Below, piece by piece: positions 27,002 to 39,824 of a stretch of 64,000 nt of DNA. Position 1 is the first letter of the stretch; each line of letters opens with the position of its first letter. A program made the position numbers and the translations under genes. The notes under the pieces are model-generated. The model had not been told where the DNA came from. It saw only the letters and a list, made by a program, of their open reading frames with translations, and did no database searches. The DNA is taken from positions 1,612,001 to 1,676,000 of the forward strand of contig OZ287068.1 in NCBI GenBank assembly GCA_965645245.1, in the 5' to 3' direction. This stretch comes from Massalongia carnosa. Its lineage: Eukaryota.

Positions 27002-28007
27002 GACTGTGTTCTGGAGGTGAAAGAGCTCTGTCTTTCGATTCTGGAAGTTCTAAAGGTTCTGGAGAGAGGACCAGCTCGAATTCTCACGAGTGGTCGTTCT
27101 GGAAAGCTAAAGGAGCAGGTCGTTGTCCCTTTCTAAATGTGCTGAAAGTTCTAGAAGACTGGAAGAGTACTAATAAGCATTAAAGGTAGTTAAATTATGT
27201 CAGGCAGCTTGCCCTGATATTATTCAGTAGCTATGAACTAGAATTTAACTACAAAGAAGGAAAGAAAAGAATAATCATCGCTGAACTCCTAAACATAATC
27301 TACCGTGGGTGCGCTAGCCAGTCAAGCGACGCGCGCTACTGCTTAGGCGAGTCACGCTGTCCCGTGACCACCAGAGCATGTCGGGTCAGGCCAGGACCCT
27401 GACACACGGCTAGCTGGACGCAGCTTGAGCTCGGCCTCCACGGTGTGAACTTCATCTTCAACCTTTATTGCTACGTTGGTAGTGATGTGGGCTGAATGAA
27501 CCTACATGACCTTGTGGTCTAGACCTTGTGTCTAAAGGTCCGCAGTGTAGATAGAGATTCAGTCGGAGATAACCTTCTATCGCTACGTTGGTAGTAGTGA
27601 CGGCGAAATGAAGCTACATAGCCTCGGCGTCTAGACTTTACGTTTAGAGGCAGGCTAGCAATGTAGTAAGGGATCTAGCCGGAGATAGAAGTTTTCTACT
27701 TTGCAAGGGAAGATCTAGAAGGCTGCTCGAGGCTGACTAGATGATCCAGCGAACGCCGAGTTCGTAGATGGATCCTGAGGGATGGTTAGACGTAAGGCGA
27801 TAAGGTCAGAAGAGGGTTGTAAGGCTCCTAAGGTTCCAAGGCTCCCAAGGCTATAGGCTTGGGGTTAGTAGGATAAATACTAGAACGAATCCTGTAGTAT
27901 TCGTTAGCAATTAGTCTTTATTCTATGAACAATCTACGTTTGGGTCTCGGACGAGATCTCTTGGTATAAGCACTTCCACATCTATTAGTTCTTTGGATCA
28001 CGTATAC

Positions 28008-28492
28008 TGTAATAGGGTAGGCCTAGTATGCGTTCGTTGAACGTAAGACTGACATATGTGGCTATGTGGGATACGTACAGCCAAAACAACCACCAAGACA
28101 ATAAGGTCCCGCCTAACCAAGTTAGGCATAGTGTGGGGACTTAACTTATTATGGAGGTGTTTTCGTAGTACACGAAGTATCCCCTCGCCTCACCTCACCT
28201 CCCCTAGCTCGCCTGCCTAGTCTTATCTACCCGTGTCTTTCGGTGACCGAAGTATTTCGGAGACCGAAAATACCAGGTAGTATGGGCAAGGTACGGAAGA
28301 AGAGCTTAGGTTGTGGATTATCCTATCCTATATAGATCAATGATTAAGCACTTCAAAAGGGTAGCATTTAGTCTACCCTTTGACCCGACCCTACCTATTT
28401 TGTACCTCTATTGTGACTATCACGTTGTGTAGCCCCTGTGGATCCCATCTTCCAGGAGTTAATGCCTGCTGGGAGAAGGTCTCCCCGTTTCA
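28008..28492 (+). mobile_element. Solo LTR family L2 (485 bp)
   Basis: TGTAAT...TTTCA; TSD TATAC at 28003-07 and 28493-97. Confidence 0.85.
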
Positions 28493-29095
28493 TATACTCT
28501 CGGAGACTAGCACGTAGTAGCTATCTTCCATCTCTCACGCTGAGAATTTCCCCTTTCGAGATCAGTGTCGCTCGTGATTAGCTTACTGGTCTCGCCTATT
28601 ATACCGAAATATTTCGGTCACCAAAATACTTGGGTAGATGAGACTAGGCAGGTGAGCTAGGGGAGGTGAGGCGAGGCGAGGGGATACTTCGTGTACTACG
28701 AAAACACCTCCATAATAAGTTAAGTCCCCACACTATGCCTAACTGGGTAAGGCGGGACCTTATTGTCTTGGTGGTTGTTCTGGCTGTACGTATCCTACAT
28801 AGCCACAAAGGCTAGTCTTACGTTCAACGAACGTATACTAGGCCCTCTATTACACTTTATATTAAAATATATGATTGCAATATTAAATATAATTGAATTT
28901 GATCGAGTTTAATCGATTTGATGTTTTTGCATCGTTTAATAAGAAATTAAAGCAAAATAAATTGATTGATTAATTATTTGCTTCTTTGAAATTGCTTTTA
29001 TCCATTTGTGTTTGCTTTAGAAGATCGTTCCGATGCTGTTACAGCGGTACTCAGTAATCGTGCTAAAATACTAAACCCTAACCGAGTCAGGGTCT

Positions 29096-30051
29096 AGTGC
29101 CCGACGGTCTACTGACGCATATAGTCTACTGACGCACTTTCCCATTCTCACTACCATTTTCACCACGTCGTTCATCTACTACCATAATGCCTAACTCATA
29201 TTCTAATAAGGAGGATCAAATTGTCGATGCTATAAACGCGTGGAACACGGGTGAACTTCGAAGTATACGCGCAGTAGCCATTGATTTCGATGTCGACATT
29301 AGTACGCCTCAAAGACGACTTGCTGGAAGAGGTTTACGCATCAGTCGATCTGGCCCCAATAAGGCCTTATCTGATGAACAAGAATTGGCCCTTTATGAAT
29401 ATATTGTTATACTCGATCAAGCAAAACAATCAGCTAGGTTTTCAATGGTTCGGGGGGCTGCTAATTATCTACTTCGAGAAGCTTATTTAGACACCTCCAT
29501 CCCCCCCCCCCTCACGCCAGCGAGGCCTGGACTAAACGTTTCCTCAATCGTCATCCTCAATTTTTCGAGCGAAAACAAAAACCTCTGGCCGCTGAGCGAA
29601 ACACGCGCACAATGCAAAGGACATGCTCGAGTATTTTGAAGCATATCGAACTACGCGAAAGACGCGGGGAATAGCGGATGAGGACGTTTGGAACATGGAT
29701 GAAGCGGGCTTTCGAATTGTCTATAGCAGGGCTCATTGGGTTATATCAACTCACTCCAGAAAGCCCTTGCTATTGACAGATCCAGATAATAGAGAATATC
29801 TTACCTCGTATGAGTATATTAGTTCTGGGGGGCGAAATATTCCCCCCATGGTGGTTATCGCGGGTTTTGATTCTCGAAAAGTAGACATAACAAAACGATC
29901 TGAATGACGATATTTTGTTGACTACTAGTCCTACCGGCTATTCCCATGATTATTTGGCTATTGATTAGTTGAAAGTTTTCGATAAACACAGTCGAAAGGG
30001 TCAGGTAGGGGCCTGGTGTATATTGATCATAGACGGGTATAAATCTCGTAT
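29096..30051 (+). mobile_element. 5' part of degenerate Fot1/pogo-like transposon
   Basis: Subterminal repeat GTCTACTGACGCA twice at ~29107-29137; ORFs 29187-29639 and 29623-29907 with HTH region and WNMDEAGFRI; stops near LIIDGY at ~30040; boundaries approximate. Confidence 0.8.
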
Positions 30052-32889
30052 TGTTATGGAGTAACTTGGCACCTGCCAGTTAGTTTATTGAATTAACCTT
30101 AGCTGCTTGAACGAAGCACTAGCCGGTTAGCCGATCCGAAAGGAACTAAGCTTAATCCGGTTCAGTCAGGGCAAAGGTAAGTGTTCCGACTATTAATAGT
30201 GTCATGGCGATAGTTTCATGCTAGGGACTTAGGGAAATCGGATCAACGGCTGGATTGGGACTAGTTCCGTTCGCCAGAGTCTTAAACTCGCCCACGTTAG
30301 ATTTTCTGTTTCTTTTCTCATTGTCGAACGTCTTGTCCACCTAGCTAGATGTCAGGACCTGCCATAGGGACTACGGAGAAGAATACGGAAAAGGGGCATC
30401 AGCATAGACTCGGCCGCCGAACCCGGCCCGACCCTAATGGGCTGATTCCGCTGTCGGCCACATGCCGTCTCAGGGGGACGGCTGGCGAGGGGGACGGCTG
30501 GAAACCCATGTCGGATGGCACTAACCGTCCAAATAGGCCGGGAGCCATTTGGACCAATCAGATAGCTGGGGGCTATCCGATAAGGGAGTCTTAGGGGGAG
30601 ACACGTCTGTAGGATAAAGAGGTCGATGTCCATCTTATTCTAAGGGCATAGATCAATAACATACATTATTGAGACATCCCCTTCACGTGACCAATACGCC
30701 CTCTGAGTAGAAGCATACGTCTTATACTTTGATCTATCCAACCTTCTAGGGAGCCCGTTGGTCATTCCTCATTACCTCGACATTTCAATCTATGGTATTA
30801 ACTAGATCGCAAATGTCTTCGTCCACCGCTTCCGGGGCGAACCCGACACCTAACCCGGACGAGACCCTAATTTCCGCCACCATGGCAGATATGCAGCGAG
30901 AAGTTGAGGCTATTGAGGCTGAACGGAAGCAGGCGCACCTAGCCAAAACGCTGGAGGACCTGAAGAAGGAAAAGACCGCCGGCTTCCCCACTCTCACGGA
31001 TCAAACCAAACCCGTCGACCCGCTGGCCCTGGAAAGGTCTCTTCGTTCCGTAGACCCGACGACCTACGCCGGCGACAATCAGCGGGCGTTTGACACATTC
31101 CTACGTGACTGCAAGAGAACTTTTCTGCAGAAGCCAGTCACATACGAATCGCCCTCGGCACAGGTCCTCTACGCCGAGAACTTTCTATCCGGAGCCCCTG
31201 CCGACGATTGGCACCGTGAGAAGGAAGCGACGACGAAGGCGGCGGAAGGTGAGCTCACCTGGAAAATCTTTGCTGACTTCCTCCAGGAAAAGCTCAAACC
31301 GAAGCATCTACGCTTGATGGATCTGGGGGGACAACTGAAGAAATTGCGCCAATTCCAGGGGCAGACCGTGTCCGATTTTGTCACATATCTGGAAAGCCTA
31401 GAAGCTCAACTCCCCGAACCCCCCACGGAAATGCAGAAGCATTCCAACCTCCTACACAGCGTGCACGACTACTTGAAGACGGCTGTGATCCGGGCGGGTA
31501 GTCAGGGGGCGACCAGGGCGGAACTGGTCGAGGCGGTGAGGATTGCGGAAAGGGTTGAGCCAAAACCCGATGGATAGAAGAAGACTTTCAATAAAAGCCG
31601 GAATCAAAATCGAAACAATCAATCTTCCTCAACCCCCAAACCTGTAGAAGATGGACCCGCTGACGCTCCACAGGCACCCGTGATTAATCCGAACCACTAA
31701 TTAAACAAAAGAAAGCTGAATGATCAGGAAGATCAGCAAGATCAAGAAGCCCCGCCCCCTACGAGACCAAAATGAAATCGGTCGGATAAGGATTGCTGGA
31801 ACTGCGGGAAAATGGGGCACCTTCAATTCGAATGTCGGTCCCGGCCGTCGCCGCGGGGATCGTCCCGCCGGCCGGGAAAAGGTCGGGGCCAATAGACGTT
31901 GCCTCCGTCGTATTGGCCCGGCAAATGAGGAAATCCTCATGCCGCCACCTCTTCTCAACGGTTTTCCTATATTACGACAACAGTCAGCATCGTGTCCGAG
32001 CAATGATCGACTGCGGAGCAACTTGGAACCTTATCGCTCAAACCTGGCTAAATGAGGTAGGTATTCGAGATCCTCCCGGCTCCCCTCCACCATCTGGGTT
32101 GAAAACTCTCGATGGAACCCCCTTCCAGACTTATTTTGATCATGACCTGCGCGTCGGGGTTGTTGATGACAATAGTCTTGAGCGAGTGGCCGAGCAGGCA
32201 TTCGTCGCGTCAGACATGTATGGGGTGGACATGATCCTGGGCTTGCCCTGGTTGGGTCATGCCAATCCATCCATCGGCTGGCGCGAAAGGAGGATAATCC
32301 ATGAAAGCCACCTCATCGAGGGTGAAGTACGAGATTACCTGCCAGGGGAACGTCCCGGGGTCACTGTAGGCGATGAGGAAACCCCTCATCGAAGTAGCAA
32401 TCTCCCAGTAGTGGCAATAGTGAGTGAGCAGGAGATCTTTGACATATGCGGATTCGAGGGCGTCGACGCATTCCTAATAGACATTCGGGAAGTGCTCGGT
32501 GGGAGCCCGGAGTCGGAGTCAATAGTTGGTGCCATCTCTACGTCTAGCAATAAACTTCTGCCTCTGTATCAATCCTACAGTGACGTCTGCTCCAATGAAA
32601 AAGCTTCAGTGCTACCAGAACGAGGGCCCCACGACCATAAAATCAATCTGGAAGGCGAACCACCCCCGACCCGGGCCATGTATAACCTCTCCCTCACCGA
32701 ACTAGAAACCCTAGAAGACTATATCGACGACAACCTGGCAAAAGGGTATATTACCCATAGCACCTCATGACTAGGCGCGCCCATCCTATTCACCAAGAAG
32801 AAAGATGGTAGTCTACGTCTCTGTGTCGATTATCGGGCCCTAAATGCTACTACGATTAAGAATAAGTACCCTCTACCCCTGATCTAGGG

Positions 32890-35873
32890 GGAGCTTCTAT
32901 ACCTCAGACGTTTTCTATTTTTCATACCACGTAGCTCCCGCAGCACCATTAGTCAGCCCCATTTGCTTACTTATATCACCTGGCTTATATTCAATGAACT
33001 TGGCTTATGTTCAATGAAAATACACTATTCAATCCCACATAAGTATAGTAAATTTCTCGCTGCTTAGATGAAAAAACCCCCCCCCCCGGTGCCAGCATAT
33101 AAAATTTCCTCCGGCGCCAACATAGAAAAATTACCCCCGGTGCCAACATAGAAAATTCCCCCCGGCGCAACATAGAAAACCCCCCCCTTAGTCATCATTT
33201 TCATCTCGTCGCCGCTTCCAAAACCCCCCCGTCGGCGCCTCATCTTTCAGCTCTTGCAAGGCCTCCTCCACCCCCTGTCTTCTGATTAGGCCAGTCAATT
33301 TCTCTAGCCAGCCAAGCTATCTCTCTATTTGAGGATTTCTTTCCTCAGCTGTCCAATCAGCGGTGTACTCCATAACTTCGTAGAATTTCTCTTTTATAGT
33401 GTCTAAAACCTCCCTCATCTGCAGCATATAAGGATCAGGTTCCTCGATATCTTCGTGACGTTCAATATTCAGTCTAGCCGACGTTTTATACACTTCAAAG
33501 CCGCTATCTTCAAATATCTCGGCCCAAGCCAACTAATCGGACTCCTGAAACGTCTCGAAAACGATGTGATAATGCCATAGATGCCTGCATGGAAGTTGAT
33601 ATTGTCGATAAAATAAACAATCTACAGGACATGTCAGCTCATCTGGCATTTCACCTGCCGGTGCTTCACCGTCTGCTAGGCTTTTAGCAGCTAGCTTCCA
33701 TTGATCAACTATAAGCTTTTGCACTGGAAAGGGAAATTTTCGTAGATGAGGGCATTCCTGGCATTCGGCCGTGCTAGTAGTACGAAAGCTAGCTTTTTTA
33801 GCGCGAGCTCTATTTTCCCATTGATCCCCTACGCGAATCACATGATTTGCAGCCCCCGTCAACGAAAAAGTCATGAAATCCGCTTTACCTATTATACTAA
33901 TTAATGTGGCGAATGAAGCTTCAAAAATATGACGATCTTACCATCTGCATGCTTTTTGATAGATGTATGCCAAGATTCAACCGGATTAGTGGTCATGCAT
34001 TGTATCAATAAGCATGAATGCTGACGGGCATAATTAGCCCATTGAGACTTAGTCAACATCCATTCTCGTTCTATATATTGACGTTTTTCTTCAGGGCTGC
34101 TTTTAAAGCTTTTTTGGTACTGTCATCGCATCCGAGCTCGGTTTTCCTGAAATATAGAGCATCATATAGATGCTTTCTGGCATTTTGACATCTGGCACCA
34201 CTAAGTTTTCGATTCAACGTACGCTCTGAATGGGTGCGACAAAGAAAATGTGAAACCTCCATCTCCCCTGCTATCAGGCCTTGAAAGGCAAGGCTGACGC
34301 CTCGTTGCTCGGCTGCAGAATCATCGGTGAGGATGTAACGAAGTCTCCATGCCCTAGACCATTGTTTGATTTTGTTATGATCTACCTAGAGACAAGTCAT
34401 AGGGACACTAGAAACGAATACAATCAAGATGAAGAAGGAAAAAGACAATCGACAACCAGAACCTGCCCCTATATATCCTCTACTGCGCTAGTACCCATGT
34501 GGTATAGTCGTCATGGAACTTTCTAGCAGCTGCGGGAACGAAATCGAAAGCGCCTGCGTGTTCCATCTACGATTGCCCTAGGCGGTGCCGAGTGCCGAGG
34601 TCGTGCCGTGTAGAATCGTGACAGATTTGACGAAGAAATTCTCCTATGATATCACCGTCTTCGTTGCTAGCTAGCATATGAGCTCCAGGAATCCAGCTTC
34701 CATATTCGTCGCGAATCATCAGGGTAAATAATTTCCATTTCAGATGATTAGTATTATGAGTGCTATCCATCAAAGTCAAATGACCACGTTTTATCAAAAT
34801 TTTCAATCTGGACCTTTTTGCAAATGCTATAGCGTATGATTTTTCTCCATCAACTGCACGACTTATTTTAAGCTTTGCAGCTAAAATATCTACGCCCAAT
34901 ACTTGCAAAGCATCAAAACAATCCTTCAATTGATCAACCCAGGCCTCTTTAGCCCCCAATACTCGTGCATCAGGATGCGCTCTTTTGAAATCAATACTAG
35001 CATTGTGAACGGCCTTGAGGTTAAAATCCGAGCCCCCTGCGTCTTTCAATGTTTCAGAATTTCCCAGCCATTTGATGCCTTGCATATTTCGATTGACCAC
35101 GGCCGGGGTGTATCCTTTTGCCACCTCTTTGCCTGCAGTGAGTTTTATTGCGGAGTTGATTTTGATACCATCTAAATATTCCAAAGTAGGATTGTGCTCC
35201 TGCTGATCAAGCTTTTTTTCTGCATATGCATATAACCTCACCGTTAGCAGATTATCTGCATCATCAAATGATTTCAAAATAGCTAATTTTTTGCTGCAGG
35301 AAGAAGTTATTCTTAGACGTTTAGCTCGAATTCCATGTCCCTCGGATTTTTTTTCGACGTCATTTTTCCATAGCCTACAGTACCAATAGGATTTTTGAAT
35401 CCGTTTCTTCGTCATCGCCCCTGTATAATTATGCACCCAGATGTTGTCCACAAACGGCCAGAATTGTGCATATTCATCAGCCGTCTAAATCAACTCTGCA
35501 TGCAGCTGAAATGCTTGCTGACGAATCAATAACGGATTGGGTGGAAGAGACAACAAGGTGGAAAGCGGAAGCGGAGCGGAGGAAGCTGGTCCTCGGGCAA
35601 CAGTCAGTTAACTGTTGACGTCTTGATTTACGGCGTCTTGACTATCAAGGTCGCTTTCGGGTTTGGTGGCATCGAAATATGAAGACATGTTGAATAACTT
35701 CATAGTTAGAGACAGCGAGGTATGATTATTGAAGACGGTGAGATAGGGGAGACGCGTCCCATGTTTACATCAATATTTAGTTTTAGCCCTTACGAGGTTA
35801 GGGGGCTGACTAATTATGCAGCGGGAGCTATGTGGTATGAAATTTAAAAAACGTCTGAGGTTTAGAAGTCCCC
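32890..35873 (-). mobile_element. Mutator-like element (MULE) inserted in the Gypsy RT
   Basis: ~70-bp imperfect TIRs; 8-10 bp TSD GATC(T/C)AGG(G); transposase fragments LMDSTHNTN, LTDDSAAE, HFLCRTH and SWIM CLFYRQYQLPCRH; host RT reads PLPLIQGLFD across the site. Confidence 0.9.
34334..34623. mobile_element. Probable solo LTR (290 bp) inside the MULE transposase
   Basis: TGTAACGA...TCGTGACA ends; interrupts the MULE domain; no matching TSD. Confidence 0.6.
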
Positions 35874-38800
35874 GATCCAGGGGCTGTTCGACATCGTCAG
35901 CGGGTCGGCTATCTACACCAAGTTGGATTTGAGGGACGCATACAACACCTTCCGAATCGCCGCCGGGGACGAATGGAAGTCGGCCTTCAGATGTAGATAT
36001 GGCCATTTTGAGTATAGAGTTATGCCCTTCGGACTGGTCAATGCCCCCGCCTCCTTTCAAGCGTTCAGTCACGAGGTGTTGAAAGAGAATCTCGACCAGT
36101 TCGTAGTAGTATATCTTGACGACATCCTCATCTTCTCCAAGACGGAAGAGGAGCATTCGGGCCACGTTCGATGGGTTCTGGATCAATTGCGGAAATGGAA
36201 ACTACACGCAAATTTATCGAAATGCATCTTCCACGCGTACGAGCTGGACTTCCTGGGCTACATACTCTCCCGAAAAGGCATCGCCATGGACCCAGGACGA
36301 ATTTTTACGGTGACGCAATGGCCGGAGCCGAAATCACATCGAGAAGTTCAAGTCTTTCTTGGATTCGCCAACTTCTATAGACGCTTCATCAAAGGATTCT
36401 CGCGCATAGTGGCGCCAATCACTTCCTTGCTGAAAGGTGGGGACAAAGGCCGTTTCCGGGGGAAGTTCGTGTGGACGGACAAGGCAAAGGGGGCTTTTGA
36501 GGCGTTAAAAATCGCGTTCACTAGCGCCCCAATGTTGCTGCATTTCGATCCTGCAAGGCGTATTAAGCTCGAGACGGATGCGTCAGATTTCGCCCTATCA
36601 GGAATCCTCAGTCAACTAGTCGAAGAAACGGGCCAATGGCACCCGATCGCCTTCTGGTCCCGGAAAATGACCCCTGCAGAAATCAATTATGGGGTCGGGG
36701 AGAAGGAAATGTTAGCAATCGTGGAAGCGTGCAAAAATTGGAGACACTATCTTGAAGGGGCAAACTTCCCCGTCAAAGTGCTCACCGATCATGGAAACCT
36801 TCGCACCTTTTTCACAACCAAAACACTATCTAGACGCGAAGCGCGTTGGTGGGAAAGACTATCCAGTCTAGACCTACAGCTCGAGTACAGACCTGGTCGG
36901 AATAATCCGGCAGATGGACCCTCGCGACGCCCGGACTACGCAGGGCCAGGCTTGCATCGTCAAGACGAGGCCACACTGCTGGGTCAGGGGGTTGTCGGGG
37001 GGGAAAGCGAGGTATATCAAACGAGAGCCTACGCATTAGTTTCTTCAGATGAAGTCGGTCAAGGGCCGAAGGAATCCTTCGTCTTCAACAATACTCCACC
37101 GGAGACGCGCACGGAATCCTCAATTGCTGTCGTAGGGATGGATACCACCCCGAATGCTGCACGGGCGTCGGATCCTGATATCCAGGCGGCAATGAGAAGG
37201 ACCAAGGGGGGGAAGAAAAAGGGCAAAAAGCCTGCCCCTCCGAAGTCAGACGAGACCGCGGCTGACTCCAAGCCTGTGGGATTCCGACTCGTCGAGGCCG
37301 AGAGGGACTCGGACACATTAAGCCAGCGCGTCCTAGACGTGACTGAGTCGGAAGCTGCCTTTGCATCGCCCCCCTTGGAACTCAGCACCGTCCTTCGTAT
37401 TCTTCAAGAGACTGATCACCTTGCGAAGCGAAGACGGCCCCTCGCCGCATCGTCGTTGCAGGGAGAGCTGGATCAGGAAAGGGACGGTCAGAGGCAGCCC
37501 ACCGAGGGAACGGAGGGGGTCGCAGGAGACGACCTTCCTGCCGACGAGAAAGAAGACGGGCTCTGGCATCTCAAAGATGACATCCTCTGTCGAAATAACA
37601 GGTGGTATATACCGCCTGGATTGCTGAGAAACGAACTGCTAAAAAGGAATCATGATGATCCAAGCGCAGAGCATTTCGGTACCCTCAGAACGACAGAACT
37701 TCTCCAACGAAAATACTACTGGCCCCGAATGGTCCCTGATGTCAAGCACTACGTTGATACCTGTACTCGCTGTCATCAAGTCAAGGCAGTCAGGCATAGA
37801 CCATTCGGCGAATTAGAATCCTTGCCAGTACCTCTGGGTCCAAGACAGAATTGGACACTAGATTTCATTACGGATTTGCCCCCGAGCATCCGCCGCACCC
37901 TTATTTTTGATGCAATACTAGTAATTGTTGACAGGTATACAAAGTACGCCCGATACATCGCGGCCAGGAAAGACTGGACGGCGGAGAACCTTGCCGACGC
38001 CCTGGTAGAAGAAGTCTTCACCCGCTTTGGAATGCCGGTCTCGCTGGTGACCAACAGGGGAAGCCTGTTCACCTCGAATTTCTGGTCCAACTTCTGCTAT
38101 CATCTGAGGGTACGGCTCAATTACAGTACGGCCTTTCACCCCCAGACCGACGGGCAAACGGAACGTCAAAACCAGACGTTGGAACAGTACCTTCGTTGCT
38201 ACGTCAATTATCAACAAGACGACTGGGTGTACTGGCTACCGATGGCAGAATACGCCTACAACAACAGTCGGCATAGCGTACTGAAAATGTCCCCATTCGA
38301 GGCCCTTTTCGGAGAGGCACCGAGGTGGGAGGAGGAAATAACGGAAACCGAAAAGGAAACGCCAGCAGCGAAAGACAGGGCGATAGAAACGCTCGAAAGA
38401 GACGTCGTCTCGAAACTCTGCTGCAAAAAGCATCATCAGATCAAGCTAAGTACTACAATCAGAAGCACACCCCGATGACCTATCGGGTCAAGGACAAGGT
38501 ACTACTTAATGCTAAAAACATCTCATCTACTAGGCCTTCAAAGAAACTGGACTATAAATACTACGGTCCTTATGAGATAACCAAGGTTATAGGAAAGCAA
38601 ACGTATCGTCTGAAACTACCGCCGCTACTAAAAGGCGTCCACGACGTCTTTCACGTCAACCTTCTAGAACCATACAATGAAGACCCAGCAAGAGGTCCTG
38701 AGCTCCCCCCGGCCATCGAGGTCAACGGCGAGGAGCAATACGAGGTGGAGGAGGTACTGAGCAGTCGAATCCGATACGGGAAACTGCAATATCTGGTCAA

Positions 38801-39164
38801 ATGGAAAGGATATCCGGATTCGGACAATCAATGGCTGTCATTAGAAGACATGGAAGGGTCACAAGACCTAATTAGGATTTATCATCGGACATACCCATCG
38901 AACCCGTCGAAAAGCGGGGAAAAGAGAAGAAAGATAAGCAAATAGATCTTTTCCCATACCGGGCATGCGAAAAATATAATCTTATCTTATCGACCTAAGA
39001 CACAGTTAAGTAAACAGCTTTGATTATTGCTAAAAAGAAAGCTAGCTACCCCTCATGATCCGACACCTGATCCTCACCCTCCGGGACGGTCACGGGAAGC
39101 CCCTTTTCCCACCGAAGTAGGGCGTCGGTCTCAAAGGCCTGCCGTCGGATCTGCGCAAGGGCAT

Positions 39165-39605
39165 CTAGTCCCTCCACGCTGTCGGTTTTCAAGGCCTTGG
39201 CACGGGCGCGCTCCCAAATGGCCACACGGGCGACATATCGCTCATGCTTGGCAGCGAGAGCAGCGAACCGGGCCCGATTTGGGGTCGGCAGGTTGTTGAT
39301 GGCGGTTGCCTCTTACAGCAACCGAAGGACCGTCCGCCGAAAAGGAACTGGGATCGGGCGACAAACCTCCTTTCGACGAATGCAATCAGCGCACTTCCCC
39401 GAGGCTGGTTATCGGTGGAGCAGTTGAAATTAAGTTCAGGATTGTGTTGGGAACACCGATGGCAGAGAGAAGCCTCCGAGGTGGGGCCGACCCATTTGGG
39501 AGGCACTCGCACCGCTGCAGCAGGGGGAGGAAAGTCGGGCAAATGGACATCGTACGCTCGGGGTGGCCGACGGCGACTGGCGGCGGGGGGTGGTACATCA
39601 GACAT
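39165..39605 (-). pseudogene. Antisense accessory ORF in Gypsy 3' region with six-cysteine cluster
   Basis: ATG at 39603-05; CHRC-x10-C, then after a 1-nt shift in a G run KCADCIRRKEVC; 3' end uncertain. Confidence 0.55.
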
Positions 39606-39824
39606 AATTGGGAAATTGGAGGATTGAACTGATGAAAAGTAAGTCATGGATTGGGGACTACTGAGGGGAGATAGACAGGCCAAGTGGCTATTTATGCTCG
39701 AATTACTGGCATTACGAGGGCATCCGACAACAAAGAATATCACCAACAACGAAAAGAAGATATCACGTGAGTCGAAGCCTCCTGCGACATGAGCCCTAGG
39801 GGGAGGATAATGTCAGGACCTGCC

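Larger units (their letters stand above)
21033..27404 (-). mobile_element. Full-length Ty3/Gypsy chromovirus retrotransposon
   Basis: 207-bp LTRs at 21033-21239 and 27198-27404 (two transitions seen); TSD CACGG; polypurine tract next to 21240; gag and pol present. Confidence 0.95.
19680..28603 (+). mobile_element. Older, diverged L1-family LTR carrying three nested insertions
   Basis: Collinear with 5646-6675 once insertions are removed; TSD CCGAA at 19675-79 and 28604-08. Confidence 0.85.
18549..28854 (-). mobile_element. Solo LTR family L2, reverse orientation; host of the nest; own sequence 18549-18577, 19634-19679 and 28604-28854
   Basis: Pieces join across CATAC and CCGAA duplications and match the reverse complement of ~28008-28310; ends ...CTATTACA at 28854. 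Confidence 0.75.
30350..39824 (+). mobile_element. Second Ty3/Gypsy chromovirus; 5' LTR ~30350-30782, 3' LTR truncated after 14 bp
   Basis: TGTCAGGACCTGCC at 30350 and 39811; polypurine tract GGGGGAGGATAA; gag 30792-31577; protease IDCGAT; RT YLDD; RNase H; integrase; chromodomain YEVEEVL...YLVKWKGY; several stops and frameshifts. Confidence 0.92.

Noticed and set aside
29072..29083. Telomeric repeat (TAAACCCTAACC)
   Set aside because: Only about 1.5 units, expected by chance; the window end also lacks a TTAGGG array
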